A stretch of 64,000 nucleotides of DNA from Alphaproteobacteria bacterium (GTDB lineage: Bacteria; Pseudomonadota; Alphaproteobacteria; Rs-D84; CACZYB01): assembly GCA_051885355.1 (NCBI GenBank), contig JBJEXC010000001.1:14359-78358 (forward strand), in the 5' to 3' direction. The position numbers were made by a program, and so were the translations under genes. The notes below the pieces were generated by a model. The model saw only the letters and a program-made list of their open reading frames with translations, was not told where the DNA came from and did not search any database. Shown piece after piece: positions 37,937 to 48,888 of this stretch (within the stretch, counting starts at the first letter, position 1; every line of letters starts with the position of its first letter).

Positions 37937-39089
37937 TCTTGTGAAGTATTTCCGCTGGACTTGGCATCATACCCACATAAGAAAGTCTTATAATAATCAT
38001 TTCCACCGCAGAAAGAACATTTGGAACACGGCTTAATTCGTCAAAGCCCTTCAATAACATCTGCCAAATACGGGAAAGAGTTGCAATACTTAAATTATGA
38101 GCCATATTGGAAATTTTTTCTTGTTCCGCCGGTGGCACAGGAACAGAAGCCAAAGAACTTGGTGTTATCTTTACCCTTGTAATATAATGGGTAATTTCCA
38201 ATAAATCAGTCAAAATTAACACTGGGTCCACACCCAAATCATATTGATTATCAATAATTTCAACTGCCTTTTGAATATCAGCCTTAATAATCGCATCATA
38301 TAAATCAAAGACAATCCCCTTTGATGCAAGTCCCAAAATCTTTGAAACTTTATCAACAGTAATATCACCATCACAATTTGAAATTACTTGATCAAGGAAA
38401 CTCATTCCATCACGCACAGACCCGTCCGCAGTCTTCGCAATAATATTTATTGAATCATCATCAATTTTCACATTTTCCAACTCGCAAATGTGTTTGAAAT
38501 GTTTTGACAAAGTTTCCAAATCAACACGCCTTAAATCAAATCTTTGACAACGAGATAAAACAGTAGGTGGCACCTTCCTTATTTCCGTAGTCGCAAAAAT
38601 AAATATTACATAAGGAGGAGGCTCTTCTAAAGTTTTAAGAAGTGCATTGAAAGCATTCTTTGAAAGCATATGAACTTCGTCAATTATATAAACTTTATAT
38701 CTTGCAGATGATGGCTTATATTGAACTCCGTCAATAATTTCCCTTATATCATCAACACCAGTATTTGAAGCCGCGTCCATTTCAATAACATCAATGTGCC
38801 TGTCTTCTGCAATTGCACGACAATTTTCACATACACCGCAAGGTTTCACTTGTGGACCAGTTGCCTTTCCGTCAGCACCAAGACAATTTAATGATTTTGC
38901 AAAGATTCGGGCAGTAGAAGTCTTTCCAACCCCACGAATTCCAGTAAATATATAAGCATGAGCAAGTCTGTTAGTATTTATTGCATTAGTAAGAGTTTTT
39001 ACTAAAACTTCTTGTCCTATAAGTTCATCAAAAGTGCTAGACCTATATTTCCTAGCCAATACCTTATATTTTACTTCTTCGTTTGCCAT
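37893..39089 (-). CDS. dnaX: DNA polymerase III subunit gamma/tau, N-terminal 398 aa (domains I-III)
   Basis: Walker A GIRGVGKTSTARIFAK; zinc module C..C..C; SRC motif; ends VQKKNI* inside the A10 tract. Confidence 0.9.
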   Translation of the reverse strand: MANEEVKYKVLARKYRSSTFDELIGQEVLVKTLTNAINTNRLAHAYIFTGIRGVGKTSTARIFAKSLNCLGADGKATGPQVKPCGVCENCRAIAEDRHIDVIEMDAASNTGVDDIREIIDGVQYKPSSARYKVYIIDEVHMLSKNAFNALLKTLEEPPPYVIFIFATTEIRKVPPTVLSRCQRFDLRRVDLETLSKHFKHICELENVKIDDDSINIIAKTADGSVRDGMSFLDQVISNCDGDITVDKVSKILGLASKGIVFDLYDAIIKADIQKAVEIIDNQYDLGVDPVLILTDLLEITHYITRVKITPSSLASVPVPPAEQEKISNMAHNLSIATLSRIWQMLLKGFDELSRVPNVLSAVEMIIIRLSYVGMMPSPAEILHKIENQTSTEVQKKNI

Positions 39090-39229
39090 AAAATTATATT
39101 ATCCTTAATCTTTATTTCCCCATTTTAACAAATTTTAAACGAATAGCAAGATTAAATTTTTAAATTTATGATTGCTATTATTTCCGAACTTTTGTAATAA
39201 TATATATAATAAAATAAAAGGAGATAAAA

Positions 39230-40402
39230 TTGAAGAAAATTATACTACCATTTTTGCTATTATCATTTACATTTAATGAAAATGTAAATTCATCAACACC
39301 AGATTTGCGTGCCCCTTATGCAATACTTATGGATTACGACAGCGGACTTGTTCTATATGAAAAAAGTGCAGATACAGTCGTGCCTCCTTCTTCTATGAGC
39401 AAACTTTTAACCGTATATAAAATTTTCTCTCTTATAAAAGACGGCAAATACACACTTGATACAGAATTTACCGTTGGTGACGAAGCATGGAAAAAGGCAA
39501 AGGCAATGAATGCCAACTCTGGCTCAACAATGTTTCTTGAATATGGTGAAAAAGTAAGGATAGAGGATTTAATCCGTGGTATAATTGTCAACAGTGGAAA
39601 CGATGCAACCATAGTTATTGCTGAAAATATCAGTGGTAGCGAAGCCAAATTTGTAGAAGAATTAAATGATTTAAGCAAAGAATTGGGACTTCAAAACACA
39701 CATCTTGAAAATGCCTCTGGCTGGTATGATAAAAGACACCTTATGTCCACTCGCGATTTGGCAATACTTTCCCGCCGTATTATAAAGGATTTTCCAGAAT
39801 TTTATCATTACTTTGGTGAAAAGGAATTTTTATATAAAAAGGATTTAACAGGCAACAAAGATAACCGCAACAAACTTCTTTGGATTATGCCATCTGCCGA
39901 CGGACTTAAAACCGGACATACAACAAAGGGCGGATACGGTCTTTCCTCCTCTGCAAAAAAGGGTGAAAGAAGACTTATCGCTATAGTAAATGGTATAAAG
40001 GGTGCAAATCCAAGTTATACAAGATTTACCGATTCGAAAGCTCTTCTTGAATGGGGATTCAAAGAATTTTCAAATTATGTATATTACAACAAAGGTGACA
40101 AAGTCTTGGATGTTCCAGTATGGTTTGGCACAAAAACCACAACTCCGGTTGGTGTTCAAGAAAAAATCTTAATAACTGCACAAAATGGAAAAACTCCTGA
40201 TATAGAATTTCGTGCAACTTATGAAACCCCAATTCCTGCACCAGTTATAAAGGATACGAAGGTTGGAACTTTGACCCTTTATGTAGATGGGGTAAAGTTT
40301 AATGATTACGATTTATTCACACTTGAAGATGTAAAAAAATGCAACTTCTTTATGCGAATTTTTAAAAATTTAAAACAAATAGTTTTGAAAGTAGTAGGTT
40401 AA
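39230..40402 (+). CDS. dacA: D-alanyl-D-alanine carboxypeptidase (PBP5/6-like, S11)
   Basis: Signal peptide. SxxK (SMSKLL), SGN, KTG motifs in the right order. C-terminal beta-sandwich domain. Confidence 0.85.
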   Translation: MKKIILPFLLLSFTFNENVNSSTPDLRAPYAILMDYDSGLVLYEKSADTVVPPSSMSKLLTVYKIFSLIKDGKYTLDTEFTVGDEAWKKAKAMNANSGSTMFLEYGEKVRIEDLIRGIIVNSGNDATIVIAENISGSEAKFVEELNDLSKELGLQNTHLENASGWYDKRHLMSTRDLAILSRRIIKDFPEFYHYFGEKEFLYKKDLTGNKDNRNKLLWIMPSADGLKTGHTTKGGYGLSSSAKKGERRLIAIVNGIKGANPSYTRFTDSKALLEWGFKEFSNYVYYNKGDKVLDVPVWFGTKTTTPVGVQEKILITAQNGKTPDIEFRATYETPIPAPVIKDTKVGTLTLYVDGVKFNDYDLFTLEDVKKCNFFMRIFKNLKQIVLKVVG

Positions 40403-40403
40403 T

Positions 40404-41018
40404 ATGACAGGTTTGTTTATCACATTCGAAGGTGGTGAAGGTGTAGGAAAAACCACCCAAACAAAAATAATTGCTGAAAAATTAAGGCAAAAAGGATATA
40501 CCGTAATTACAACCCGCGAACCTGGGGGAACTCCACTTGGGGAAAAGATTCGTGAAATCCTTTTAAAGGGTGATATTGATAAAATGTCCCCAACAACAGA
40601 GGCTTTGCTTTTTACCTCCGTTCGCCGTGACCATTTTGAACGCGTAATAAAACCAAATGTCGATGCTGGCAACATTGTGCTTTGCGACAGATATATGGAC
40701 ACAACAAACGCATATCAGGGATTCGCACACAAACTCGGTATTGAAAAAATGGAAAATTTATATAACCTTGCAATAGGCGATTTCAAACCAAACTTGACTA
40801 TCATTTTTGATATAGATCCATCAAAATCACATGGTAATCTTACAGAAATAAACCGATTCGAAAAAATGGGAAATGATTGGCTGACTGCCTCCCTAAATGG
40901 TTTTCGCGAAGTTGCAAAACTAAATCCCGACCGTTGCGTCCTTATGCCATCAGAAGGAAGTATAGAGGAAGTATCAGAGCGAATTTTAAAAATATTAAAT
41001 GAGAAATTAGGACTTTAA
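40404..41018 (+). CDS. tmk: Thymidylate kinase
   Basis: P-loop FEGGEGVGKTTQ; DRY motif (CDRYMD). Confidence 0.9.
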   Translation: MTGLFITFEGGEGVGKTTQTKIIAEKLRQKGYTVITTREPGGTPLGEKIREILLKGDIDKMSPTTEALLFTSVRRDHFERVIKPNVDAGNIVLCDRYMDTTNAYQGFAHKLGIEKMENLYNLAIGDFKPNLTIIFDIDPSKSHGNLTEINRFEKMGNDWLTASLNGFREVAKLNPDRCVLMPSEGSIEEVSERILKILNEKLGL

Positions 41019-41021
41019 TTT

Positions 41022-42269
41022 ATGCCATTAAATGATGAAAAAATAGAACAAGCAAAAGATGATAACCCAAAAACTACGCCATTTCTTCTTTCCCATTTAA
41101 AGGAAGAAACGGAATTTTTTAATGCCTTTAAATCATCCCATCTTCATCATTCATGGCTTATCACCGGACCAAAGGGTATTGGTAAAGCAACACTTGCTTA
41201 TCGTATCGCAAGATACATTTTCTCATTATCAAATCCAGACCATTTAAAAAATCTTAATATAAAGATAGATACCACTTCACCCATACTTGACAACAATTTT
41301 TCTTATGAAGAGGAAGAGGAGGGTGATGATACTGAAACAATGGGCTTTTTTGAAAATGATTCTGTTGCCGTTTCCCAATCTCAGCCAAATATAAGCAAAG
41401 TTTCACTTGAAAAATTTGATACATCACCATTAAAACTTTCTCCCTCACATCCAATATTTGAAAGATTGACCGCTGGCGGACTTACCGATTTAATTATTGT
41501 CGAAAGGGAATACAGTGAAACCACAAATAAATTAAAAACAGAAATTTCAGTAGAGCAAATACGAAATTTAAAGGAATTTTTTTCCAAAACTTCATCAGAG
41601 GGCGGATACAAAATTGCAATTATCGACTCCGTCGATGAAATGAACGCCAACAGCAAAAATGCCCTTCTTAAAATATTAGAAGAAGCACCAGCAAAATCTT
41701 TATTACTTCTTATTTGCCATAATATAAATGGTATTTTGCCAACAATAAAATCTCGTTGTCGTATTTTAAAATTATCACCTATTGATAATGAAAATATGAA
41801 ACTTTTATTACAATTTAAATTACCAAATATTACAGATGAAGAAATCACAAAACTTATAAATATAAGTGACGGAAGTATCGGCACAGCAATAAATATTTAT
41901 AATAACAAAGGGCTTGACTTACAAAACAAAATTTTCAACCTTATCCCAGAAATTTTTAATAAAAAAAATAATGGCATTTTGGAAATTGCAAACCAAGTTT
42001 CAAATGAGGAGATTTTCAAAATCTTTCAAAATATAATTTTAAACTTTCTTTCAAATGCAATAAAATATAAATCAAAGATTGAACTTGAAAATATTGATAA
42101 TGTTGAAAAAATCGCACTTGAAACAATTACTATACATTATCAAAATATAAAATCTCTGTTTGCGATTCGCGAAAGTTTGTTAAACAATTTCCGCCTATAT
42201 CCACTTTTAAATCTTGATATAACAGCACTTATAATTTCAACATTTGAAAGGATAAAAAATGTTTATTGA
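41022..42269 (+). CDS. holB: DNA polymerase III delta' subunit
   Basis: AAA+-like HSWLITGPKGIGKATLAYRIA; conserved tmk-holB-tatD gene order. Contains an acidic insertion (EEEEEGDDTE). Confidence 0.75.
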   Translation: MPLNDEKIEQAKDDNPKTTPFLLSHLKEETEFFNAFKSSHLHHSWLITGPKGIGKATLAYRIARYIFSLSNPDHLKNLNIKIDTTSPILDNNFSYEEEEEGDDTETMGFFENDSVAVSQSQPNISKVSLEKFDTSPLKLSPSHPIFERLTAGGLTDLIIVEREYSETTNKLKTEISVEQIRNLKEFFSKTSSEGGYKIAIIDSVDEMNANSKNALLKILEEAPAKSLLLLICHNINGILPTIKSRCRILKLSPIDNENMKLLLQFKLPNITDEEITKLINISDGSIGTAINIYNNKGLDLQNKIFNLIPEIFNKKNNGILEIANQVSNEEIFKIFQNIILNFLSNAIKYKSKIELENIDNVEKIALETITIHYQNIKSLFAIRESLLNNFRLYPLLNLDITALIISTFERIKNVY

Positions 42270-43038
42270 TAGTCATTGTCATCTTGATTTTTATGAAAAA
42301 GAAGAACTTCCAGAAATATTGGAACACGCAACAAAATCTGATGTCAAATATATGCTAAACGCTTGTGCATCTCAATCAAGTTTTAAAAGAATTATTGAAA
42401 TTGCAAATGAAAATAAAAATGTCTTTGGTGCAATTGGCATACACCCACACGAGGCAGAAGATATGGGTCACCCAATGGCAGAGGACGAACTACTTATCAC
42501 CATAAATAAATCAAAAAAAATTATCGCAATTGGTGAAACCGGATTGGATTATTCTCGTGAAAATATCAACAAAGATATTCAAATGGAAAACCTTTATAAC
42601 CACATATCTGTGGCACAAAAAACATCTCTTCCCCTAATCATTCATAACAGAGATTCAAACGAAGATATGATAAATATTTTAACAGAAGGTATGAAAAAAT
42701 CCCCATTCAAATGTATAATTCATTGCTTTACAGCCGACGAAACTATGGCAAAAAAAATGTTGGATTTGGATTTCTTTATTTCTGCCTCTGGCATAACAAC
42801 ATTTAAAAATGCAACTGATTTACAGGAGGTTTTTAAAAACATAGTCCCACTTGAAAAACTTTTAATCGAAACGGACAGCCCATATCTTGCACCCGTTCCA
42901 CATAGAGGGTCAAGAAATGAACCAGCCTTTGTTATAGAGGTTGCAAAGAAACTTGCCGAACTTAAAAATATATCAGCCGAAGAAATAGGCAACATAACCA
43001 GCAATAATTTTAAAACCTTGTTTGAAGTGGATATTTAA
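42259..43038 (+). CDS. tatD: TatD-family metal-dependent DNase
   Basis: IDSHCHLDF N-terminal His cluster; 259 aa. Confidence 0.85.
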   Translation: MFIDSHCHLDFYEKEELPEILEHATKSDVKYMLNACASQSSFKRIIEIANENKNVFGAIGIHPHEAEDMGHPMAEDELLITINKSKKIIAIGETGLDYSRENINKDIQMENLYNHISVAQKTSLPLIIHNRDSNEDMINILTEGMKKSPFKCIIHCFTADETMAKKMLDLDFFISASGITTFKNATDLQEVFKNIVPLEKLLIETDSPYLAPVPHRGSRNEPAFVIEVAKKLAELKNISAEEIGNITSNNFKTLFEVDI

Positions 43039-44588
43039 CTTTTCTTTATATACCTTTTTATCATTTGAAAATCTATCACTTTAAATACAAAAAGTGATAT
43101 GAAATAAAATCCCATTCCAAATATTATAAGCAATATCAACATTAGTATTCGTAAAATCAAACCGTAAACTTCAATATCCGCCATAATCCCAATACTTCCA
43201 AAATAAACAATAACTCCCATCACAATTGAAAGAATAAGAGTTTTCACAATGTCCTTTAAAATACTTTTATACATATGCATAAAATTTTTCACATAACTTA
43301 TATAATAAAGCATTAAAAAGTTAATCCAATTTGCAACAGTAATTGCAAGCACAACACCCATATAACTGAAACTCCTTGTCAAAACCACTGTCAAAAATAA
43401 ATTGAATAAAAGACTGACACCTGCAATTATCATAGGAGTCTTAGTATCCTTTCTTGCATAAAAAACATTTGAATAAAGTTTTATATAAACAAGCGCAGGC
43501 AAACTTAAACAAAGTATTTGTAAAATTTGTGCCGTAGCATAAGTATCAGATGCCTTAAAAAGTCCGCGTTCAAAAAATATCTGAATAATAGGATAACTGA
43601 CAGCCATCATTCCAATAGCACAAGGAATAACAAGAATGCTTGCCATTTTCATAGAGTTATTAAAAAGAAGTTGCGTTTTATTCAAACGATTATTTTTAAT
43701 TTCCTTTGAAAGACTTGGAAGCAACACTGTCGCAATCGCAATCCCAATCACTCCAAGTGGAAGTTGATTAAGTCTGTCAGCATAATAAATCCACGATACA
43801 GCCCCATTAGTTGGTGTCGCAAAAATACTTCCTATCATAATATTAAGATGATAAATTCCTGCACCCATAATCCCAGGCATAATCTTTTTAAAAAATTGTA
43901 CAACCGAAGAAGTCATTTCCGCCCTAAATGAAATAATTCCGAAGCCATAATTTTTTGCAATCCAAAAAAGCCACCAAAGTTGTATTATTCCAGATGCAAA
44001 CACACCCCACGAAACCGCATACGCAGGATTCGGAAAAAATTTTGCAAATAAAAGAAGTGAAAATACTATACATAAATTTAAGACAATAGGAGTGCTTGCA
44101 TAAGGCTTAAAATTCCCAAGTGTATTCAAAATACTTCCAAAAAATGAAGTCAAAGCAATAAAAAACAAAAATGGAAAAGTTATTCGTGAAAGTGTAACTG
44201 CTAACTCAAATTTATTCAAATTTTGTGAAAACCCAGGTGCAAATATCTGAACCACCTGTGGCATAAATATTTCACAAATCAAAGTAAAAATCAAAAGTAT
44301 GTAAAACAGCAATGCAAATATAGATCGGCAAAAATTTTTCGCCCTTTCTTTTCCATCTGTGTATAAAATTCCAGAAAATATAGGAATAAAAGCAGAATTA
44401 AAAGCCCCCTCTGCAAAAATACTCCTAAATAAATTTGGAATTCTAAATGCCACCAAAAAACAATCAGAAAATTTTCCAGCCCCCAAATATTTTGCGACAA
44501 ATAAATCACGAACAAGCCCACTTATCCTACTTAAAAAAGTAAGTCCACCAACAGCCACAGTATTTTTTAAAAACTTTTTATTTAACAT
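43035..44588 (-). CDS. murJ: Lipid II flippase MurJ (MviN)
   Basis: 14-TM MOP-superfamily protein; N-terminal conserved FLSRISGLVRD...FRIPNLFR. Confidence 0.9.
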   Translation of the reverse strand: MLNKKFLKNTVAVGGLTFLSRISGLVRDLFVAKYLGAGKFSDCFLVAFRIPNLFRSIFAEGAFNSAFIPIFSGILYTDGKERAKNFCRSIFALLFYILLIFTLICEIFMPQVVQIFAPGFSQNLNKFELAVTLSRITFPFLFFIALTSFFGSILNTLGNFKPYASTPIVLNLCIVFSLLLFAKFFPNPAYAVSWGVFASGIIQLWWLFWIAKNYGFGIISFRAEMTSSVVQFFKKIMPGIMGAGIYHLNIMIGSIFATPTNGAVSWIYYADRLNQLPLGVIGIAIATVLLPSLSKEIKNNRLNKTQLLFNNSMKMASILVIPCAIGMMAVSYPIIQIFFERGLFKASDTYATAQILQILCLSLPALVYIKLYSNVFYARKDTKTPMIIAGVSLLFNLFLTVVLTRSFSYMGVVLAITVANWINFLMLYYISYVKNFMHMYKSILKDIVKTLILSIVMGVIVYFGSIGIMADIEVYGLILRILMLILLIIFGMGFYFISLFVFKVIDFQMIKRYIKKS

Positions 44589-44670
44589 TTGATAAAAAAT
44601 CCTTTATTTGCTAAAAATTATACTATATCATAAAACATAACAGATTTATAGGCAATACAAAAGAGGAAAA

Positions 44671-45432
44671 ATGAAAAAATTTTTATACATAGTTTTTATT
44701 TTTATAATATCATCTTGTGCAGTAAATACAAAAACTGATTATTCCAAGTTATCCGATAAAGATATTTATGATTCCGCTATCAAGAATATAAATAAAGAAA
44801 ATCATATCTCCGCAATAAGCGAACTAAGCCAAATTGAATATAACCATCCATATTCTTCCCTTGTTCCAAATTCTTGGATTTTAACAGGTTATACATATTA
44901 TAAAGAAAAAAAATATCCAGAAGCGATAGAAACATTTGAAAAACTTATCAAATATCAACCAAATCATAGGGATGTCCCTTATGCAATGTATATGATTGCA
45001 ATTTGCTACTATGACCAAATTTCCCCAATATCAAGGGATCAAAAAATGACCGAACTAGCACTTATTAATATGGAAAGATTGAAAAAAACATTCCCAGATT
45101 CTGAATACACAAAAGATGTCCTTCCAAAAATTATTATTGCAAGAAACAATTTAGCGGCAAAGGAAATGTATATTGCAAAAAACCTTATGAAAAAGAAAAA
45201 TATGATAGCAGCCCTTAACCGCCTTCAAACAATTATTGCAAAATACGATACAACTTTGTTTATAGAGGAGGCTTTGTATAGGACTGTCGAAATATATCTT
45301 ATTTTAATGGAACCAGATGATGCAAACAATATGCTCCGTTTGTTAGAACATAATTATCCAAATTCAACTTGGACCACATCGGCAAAGGATTTAATTAAAT
45401 CATATAATGAAAAGCAAAATAAGAAAAACTAA
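44671..45432 (+). CDS. bamD: Outer membrane protein assembly factor BamD (TPR lipoprotein)
   Basis: Lipobox ISSC; TPR-like repeats; ~250 aa; divergent from murJ. Confidence 0.7.
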   Translation: MKKFLYIVFIFIISSCAVNTKTDYSKLSDKDIYDSAIKNINKENHISAISELSQIEYNHPYSSLVPNSWILTGYTYYKEKKYPEAIETFEKLIKYQPNHRDVPYAMYMIAICYYDQISPISRDQKMTELALINMERLKKTFPDSEYTKDVLPKIIIARNNLAAKEMYIAKNLMKKKNMIAALNRLQTIIAKYDTTLFIEEALYRTVEIYLILMEPDDANNMLRLLEHNYPNSTWTTSAKDLIKSYNEKQNKKN

Positions 45433-46376
45433 GGATTCTCAACCTTTCTTGAACCAATGATTTTTATTTCATATTCAAGCATTATGCCAAACTTTTCATA
45501 AACAGCATATCTTACCTTTTCTGCCAATTCTTCAATATCAGCAGAAGTTGCTTCATTCTCATTTATTATAAAGTTAGCATGCAAAGGAGAAATGATTGCT
45601 CCCCCCAACTTTAATCCCTGACATCCAGCATCTTTGATAAGTTTCCATGCGGAATGTCCCTCTGGATTTTTAAATGTAGAACCTGCAGTTTTCGTATATG
45701 TAGGTTGCGCAGCATCCTTTTCCTTTAAAATTTTATCCATTTTTTCTTGGATTTTTTTTGAATCTCCCACAACCCCTTTCAATACAACAGAGGTAATAAT
45801 ATAATCAGGACTGATAGATGAATCCCTATACACCAAACCACATTCTGAGGCAGGAATAGTTTTTACTTCACCATTAAGTTTATTTACAATCTCTATTTCA
45901 AGCAAAATATCCTTTACTTCCGCCTTGAAACAACCAGCATTTGTAAGTATTGCACCACCAATAGAACCAGGGATACCAAACAAAAACTCAAATCCCTTTA
46001 TCTTATTTTCCATTGCGAATTTTGAAAGTGCAATATTTGAAGCAAAGGCACCACAAACAACTTTGCAATTATCATCTTTTGCAATTTCAATATTATTAAA
46101 CGCTTCGGATTGAAGCCTTATAGTAATACCATTTAAAATTCCATCACGAATAAGGACATTAGAACCAAAACCAAGTATATGTATAGGCATATCCTTAGGT
46201 GCATGCTTTAAAAAATCGATTAAATCCTTTTTATCCTTTGGACTAAAAAACACTTCCGCCATGCCACCAGTTTTAAATCTGGTAAAGTTAGCAAGATTGT
46301 AATTTTCTAACAATTCACCTTTTACTCTTGGTAAATCTTTCATAACAGAACTTTCCATTTTATTTTTTGCTTTCAA
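45429..46376 (-). CDS. murB: UDP-N-acetylenolpyruvoylglucosamine reductase
   Basis: FAD-binding domain (GGMAEVFF) and C-terminal MurB domain. Confidence 0.9.
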   Translation of the reverse strand: MKAKNKMESSVMKDLPRVKGELLENYNLANFTRFKTGGMAEVFFSPKDKKDLIDFLKHAPKDMPIHILGFGSNVLIRDGILNGITIRLQSEAFNNIEIAKDDNCKVVCGAFASNIALSKFAMENKIKGFEFLFGIPGSIGGAILTNAGCFKAEVKDILLEIEIVNKLNGEVKTIPASECGLVYRDSSISPDYIITSVVLKGVVGDSKKIQEKMDKILKEKDAAQPTYTKTAGSTFKNPEGHSAWKLIKDAGCQGLKLGGAIISPLHANFIINENEATSADIEELAEKVRYAVYEKFGIMLEYEIKIIGSRKVENP

Positions 46377-47784
46377 TCAATTTAGGCAGTTCATAAATCA
46401 TATGCTTTATATCTCCTGCACCAAATGATACAATTATATCACCTCTTCTTAAATTTGACAATATTATATCAACAATTTCAGAAAAATCAGATAGTTGGAA
46501 AACATTTTTTTTGCCAGTTTCTTTAAGTGCATTGTAAAAATCAATGTGATTCTTCATTCCATCGGATGATTCTCCTGCACCAAACACAGGCATACAAATA
46601 ACAAAATCTGCATTGCCAAAACATTTCAAAAAATCATTAAATAAATCAGTTAATCGAGAATATCTGTGTGGTTGAAAAATAGCCATAATCTTACCACTGC
46701 CAACAACATCACGAGCCATAGCCAAGGTTGTTTCAATTTCCTTTGGATGATGTGCATAATCATCAAAAATCCTTATACCATCAACATTATCAACCTTTGA
46801 AAATCTGTGCTTTACACCATTAAAATTTGAAAAGGCTAGACGAATTTTTTCCTCACTAATTTCTAAAAATTTTGCAACAGAAAGCGCAACCAAAGAATTC
46901 AAAATATTATGTCTTCCAAACATTGGTATATGAAGATTTTCAATTTTACTTCCATCTTTGTAAATCGCATCAAAATATCCACCATCAATATCAAAATGAA
47001 TATTTTCAGCCCTTACATCAGCATCATCTGAAAAACCATAAGTGATTATATTTTTCTTTCCTTCAAATTCAGCTTTCAATTCCATAACCACAGGGTGATC
47101 GGCACACATAACAACCAACCCAGAAGAAGGAACCCTGTTTATATATTCACGAAAATAGTTTTTAAGGTTATCAAAAGTTTTGTAAAATTCCATATGCTCT
47201 GCATCAATGTTTGTAATAACCGCAATATCCACAGAAAAATGTTTAAGATTTCCAAACGCTTCACAAGTTTCAGCAACAACCCAATCTCCATTTCCAACAA
47301 TATTACTTGAAGCATAATGAGTAATAATTCCACCATCAACGACAGTAGGTTTTAATCCTGCCATATCAAGCAAAGTTCCAACAAATGATGTTGTAGTAGT
47401 CTTTCCATGCGTTCCACTTATACCAATAGATTTTTTAAGCCCCATAATTGCTTGAAGCATTTCTGCTCTTTCAATAATAGGAAGACCAAGTCTTCTTGCT
47501 TCAACTATTTCAACATTATCATCTGGCACAGCAGAGGAAAATACAATAAAATCCGCACCATTTACATTTTCGCTTTTGTGTCCGATAAAAATTTTTGCCC
47601 CAAGGCTTGAAAGATGTTCAAGATTTTCACCATCAGCCTCATTCGACCCTTGAACCTTATATCCCATTTTAAGCAAAACTTCAGCAATAGAACTCATTCC
47701 TATACCATCTGCACCAATAAAATGAAAAACAGATGATAATGGCACATTTTTTAAATCTACTTTTGGCAATTTTAATTCCTTCAA
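46360..47784 (-). CDS. murC: UDP-N-acetylmuramate--L-alanine ligase
   Basis: Mur ligase P-loop GTHGKTTTTS; N-terminal HFIGADGIGMS. Confidence 0.9.
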   Translation of the reverse strand: MKELKLPKVDLKNVPLSSVFHFIGADGIGMSSIAEVLLKMGYKVQGSNEADGENLEHLSSLGAKIFIGHKSENVNGADFIVFSSAVPDDNVEIVEARRLGLPIIERAEMLQAIMGLKKSIGISGTHGKTTTTSFVGTLLDMAGLKPTVVDGGIITHYASSNIVGNGDWVVAETCEAFGNLKHFSVDIAVITNIDAEHMEFYKTFDNLKNYFREYINRVPSSGLVVMCADHPVVMELKAEFEGKKNIITYGFSDDADVRAENIHFDIDGGYFDAIYKDGSKIENLHIPMFGRHNILNSLVALSVAKFLEISEEKIRLAFSNFNGVKHRFSKVDNVDGIRIFDDYAHHPKEIETTLAMARDVVGSGKIMAIFQPHRYSRLTDLFNDFLKCFGNADFVICMPVFGAGESSDGMKNHIDFYNALKETGKKNVFQLSDFSEIVDIILSNLRRGDIIVSFGAGDIKHMIYELPKLIESKK

Positions 47785-47790
47785 CTTTTT

Positions 47791-48888
47791 TTATTTAATA
47801 AGCAATAATTCATCAATCGTATCAACGACATTTTGACTTGCATTATTTTTTAATTTAAAAATTTTAGCCTTTTTTGCCATATTTTCAAGTAAATTTTCAT
47901 TTATTACAAATTTCTTCAATACATTATAAAGGCTTTCTGCTGTAAAATCATCTTGCAAAATGATTTCCCCACCTCCCACAGAAGTAATTTGTTCAGCATT
48001 TATAACTTGTTGCCTGTCTTTATGCTTTATAGGAATAAAGATAGCAGGGCGTCCCACACTTCCAACTTCCAAAACAGTGGAAGCACCAGCCCGTCCAATA
48101 AATAAATGACATTTTTTAAGAATTTCAGCAGGATTATCAAAAAAACTTCTTATTTCACATTTTATATTAAATGATTTATAAAAAGATTTAACTTCATCAA
48201 TATCATATTGCACAACTTGCTGATAAATAAATAACCTTTTCCTTACTTTTTCATCAAGCATAGCAATAGCACGCGATACAATATTCGAAAAAATTTCCGC
48301 ACCCTGTGAACCACCCATCACAGCAATTACAAAAGGCACTTTGTCATTGATAGTAGGATAGGGAGTATCCACAATCTTTTTAACCTCATCACGAAGAGGA
48401 AGCCCAACAAATTTCACCTTTGCTCCATCCGGTATCTTTTTCGTATTTTTAAATGATACCGCAACAACATCAGCAAATTTTGAAAGGAATATATTCGCAT
48501 TTCCCAAAATTGAATCAGCATTGTGTATCAAAGTTTTTTTACCCAAAATTTTGCCCCATAAAACCACAGGCACAGAAATATATCCACCCATTCCAATTAC
48601 AACGGAAGGTCTTATCAATAACATATGGAAAAAAGTTTGCACAAATCCAATGGCAAGTTTTGAAAGACTTCTTATCCTATACCATAAATTTTCACCACTT
48701 AGACCGCCACCTATAATAGTGTGGATTTTACTAAATTGAGAAGCAAACCTCTTCCCCCTTTTGTCAGTGATAAGATATACATCATATCCTCTTGCTTCCA
48801 ATTCTTTTTTTATTTCAGATGCAGGAAACAAATGACCCCCAGTTCCACCTGCGCCTATAACAACTCTGATTTTTTTATTATTTTTCAT
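47791..48888 (-). CDS. murG: UDP-GlcNAc:undecaprenyl-PP-MurNAc-pentapeptide GlcNAc transferase
   Basis: GGTGGHLFPA motif. Start placed at internal Met (MKNNKKIRVV) rather than the longer track ORF (to 48927). 3' end overlaps ftsW. Confidence 0.9.
   Translation of the reverse strand: MKNNKKIRVVIGAGGTGGHLFPASEIKKELEARGYDVYLITDKRGKRFASQFSKIHTIIGGGLSGENLWYRIRSLSKLAIGFVQTFFHMLLIRPSVVIGMGGYISVPVVLWGKILGKKTLIHNADSILGNANIFLSKFADVVAVSFKNTKKIPDGAKVKFVGLPLRDEVKKIVDTPYPTINDKVPFVIAVMGGSQGAEIFSNIVSRAIAMLDEKVRKRLFIYQQVVQYDIDEVKSFYKSFNIKCEIRSFFDNPAEILKKCHLFIGRAGASTVLEVGSVGRPAIFIPIKHKDRQQVINAEQITSVGGGEIILQDDFTAESLYNVLKKFVINENLLENMAKKAKIFKLKNNASQNVVDTIDELLLIK

Noticed and set aside
41381-41884. 167-aa antisense ORF inside holB (and similar ones in murJ, dacA, tatD, recF, ABC-F)
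   Set aside because: All overlap well-supported sense genes on the opposite strand and lack start-site signals.
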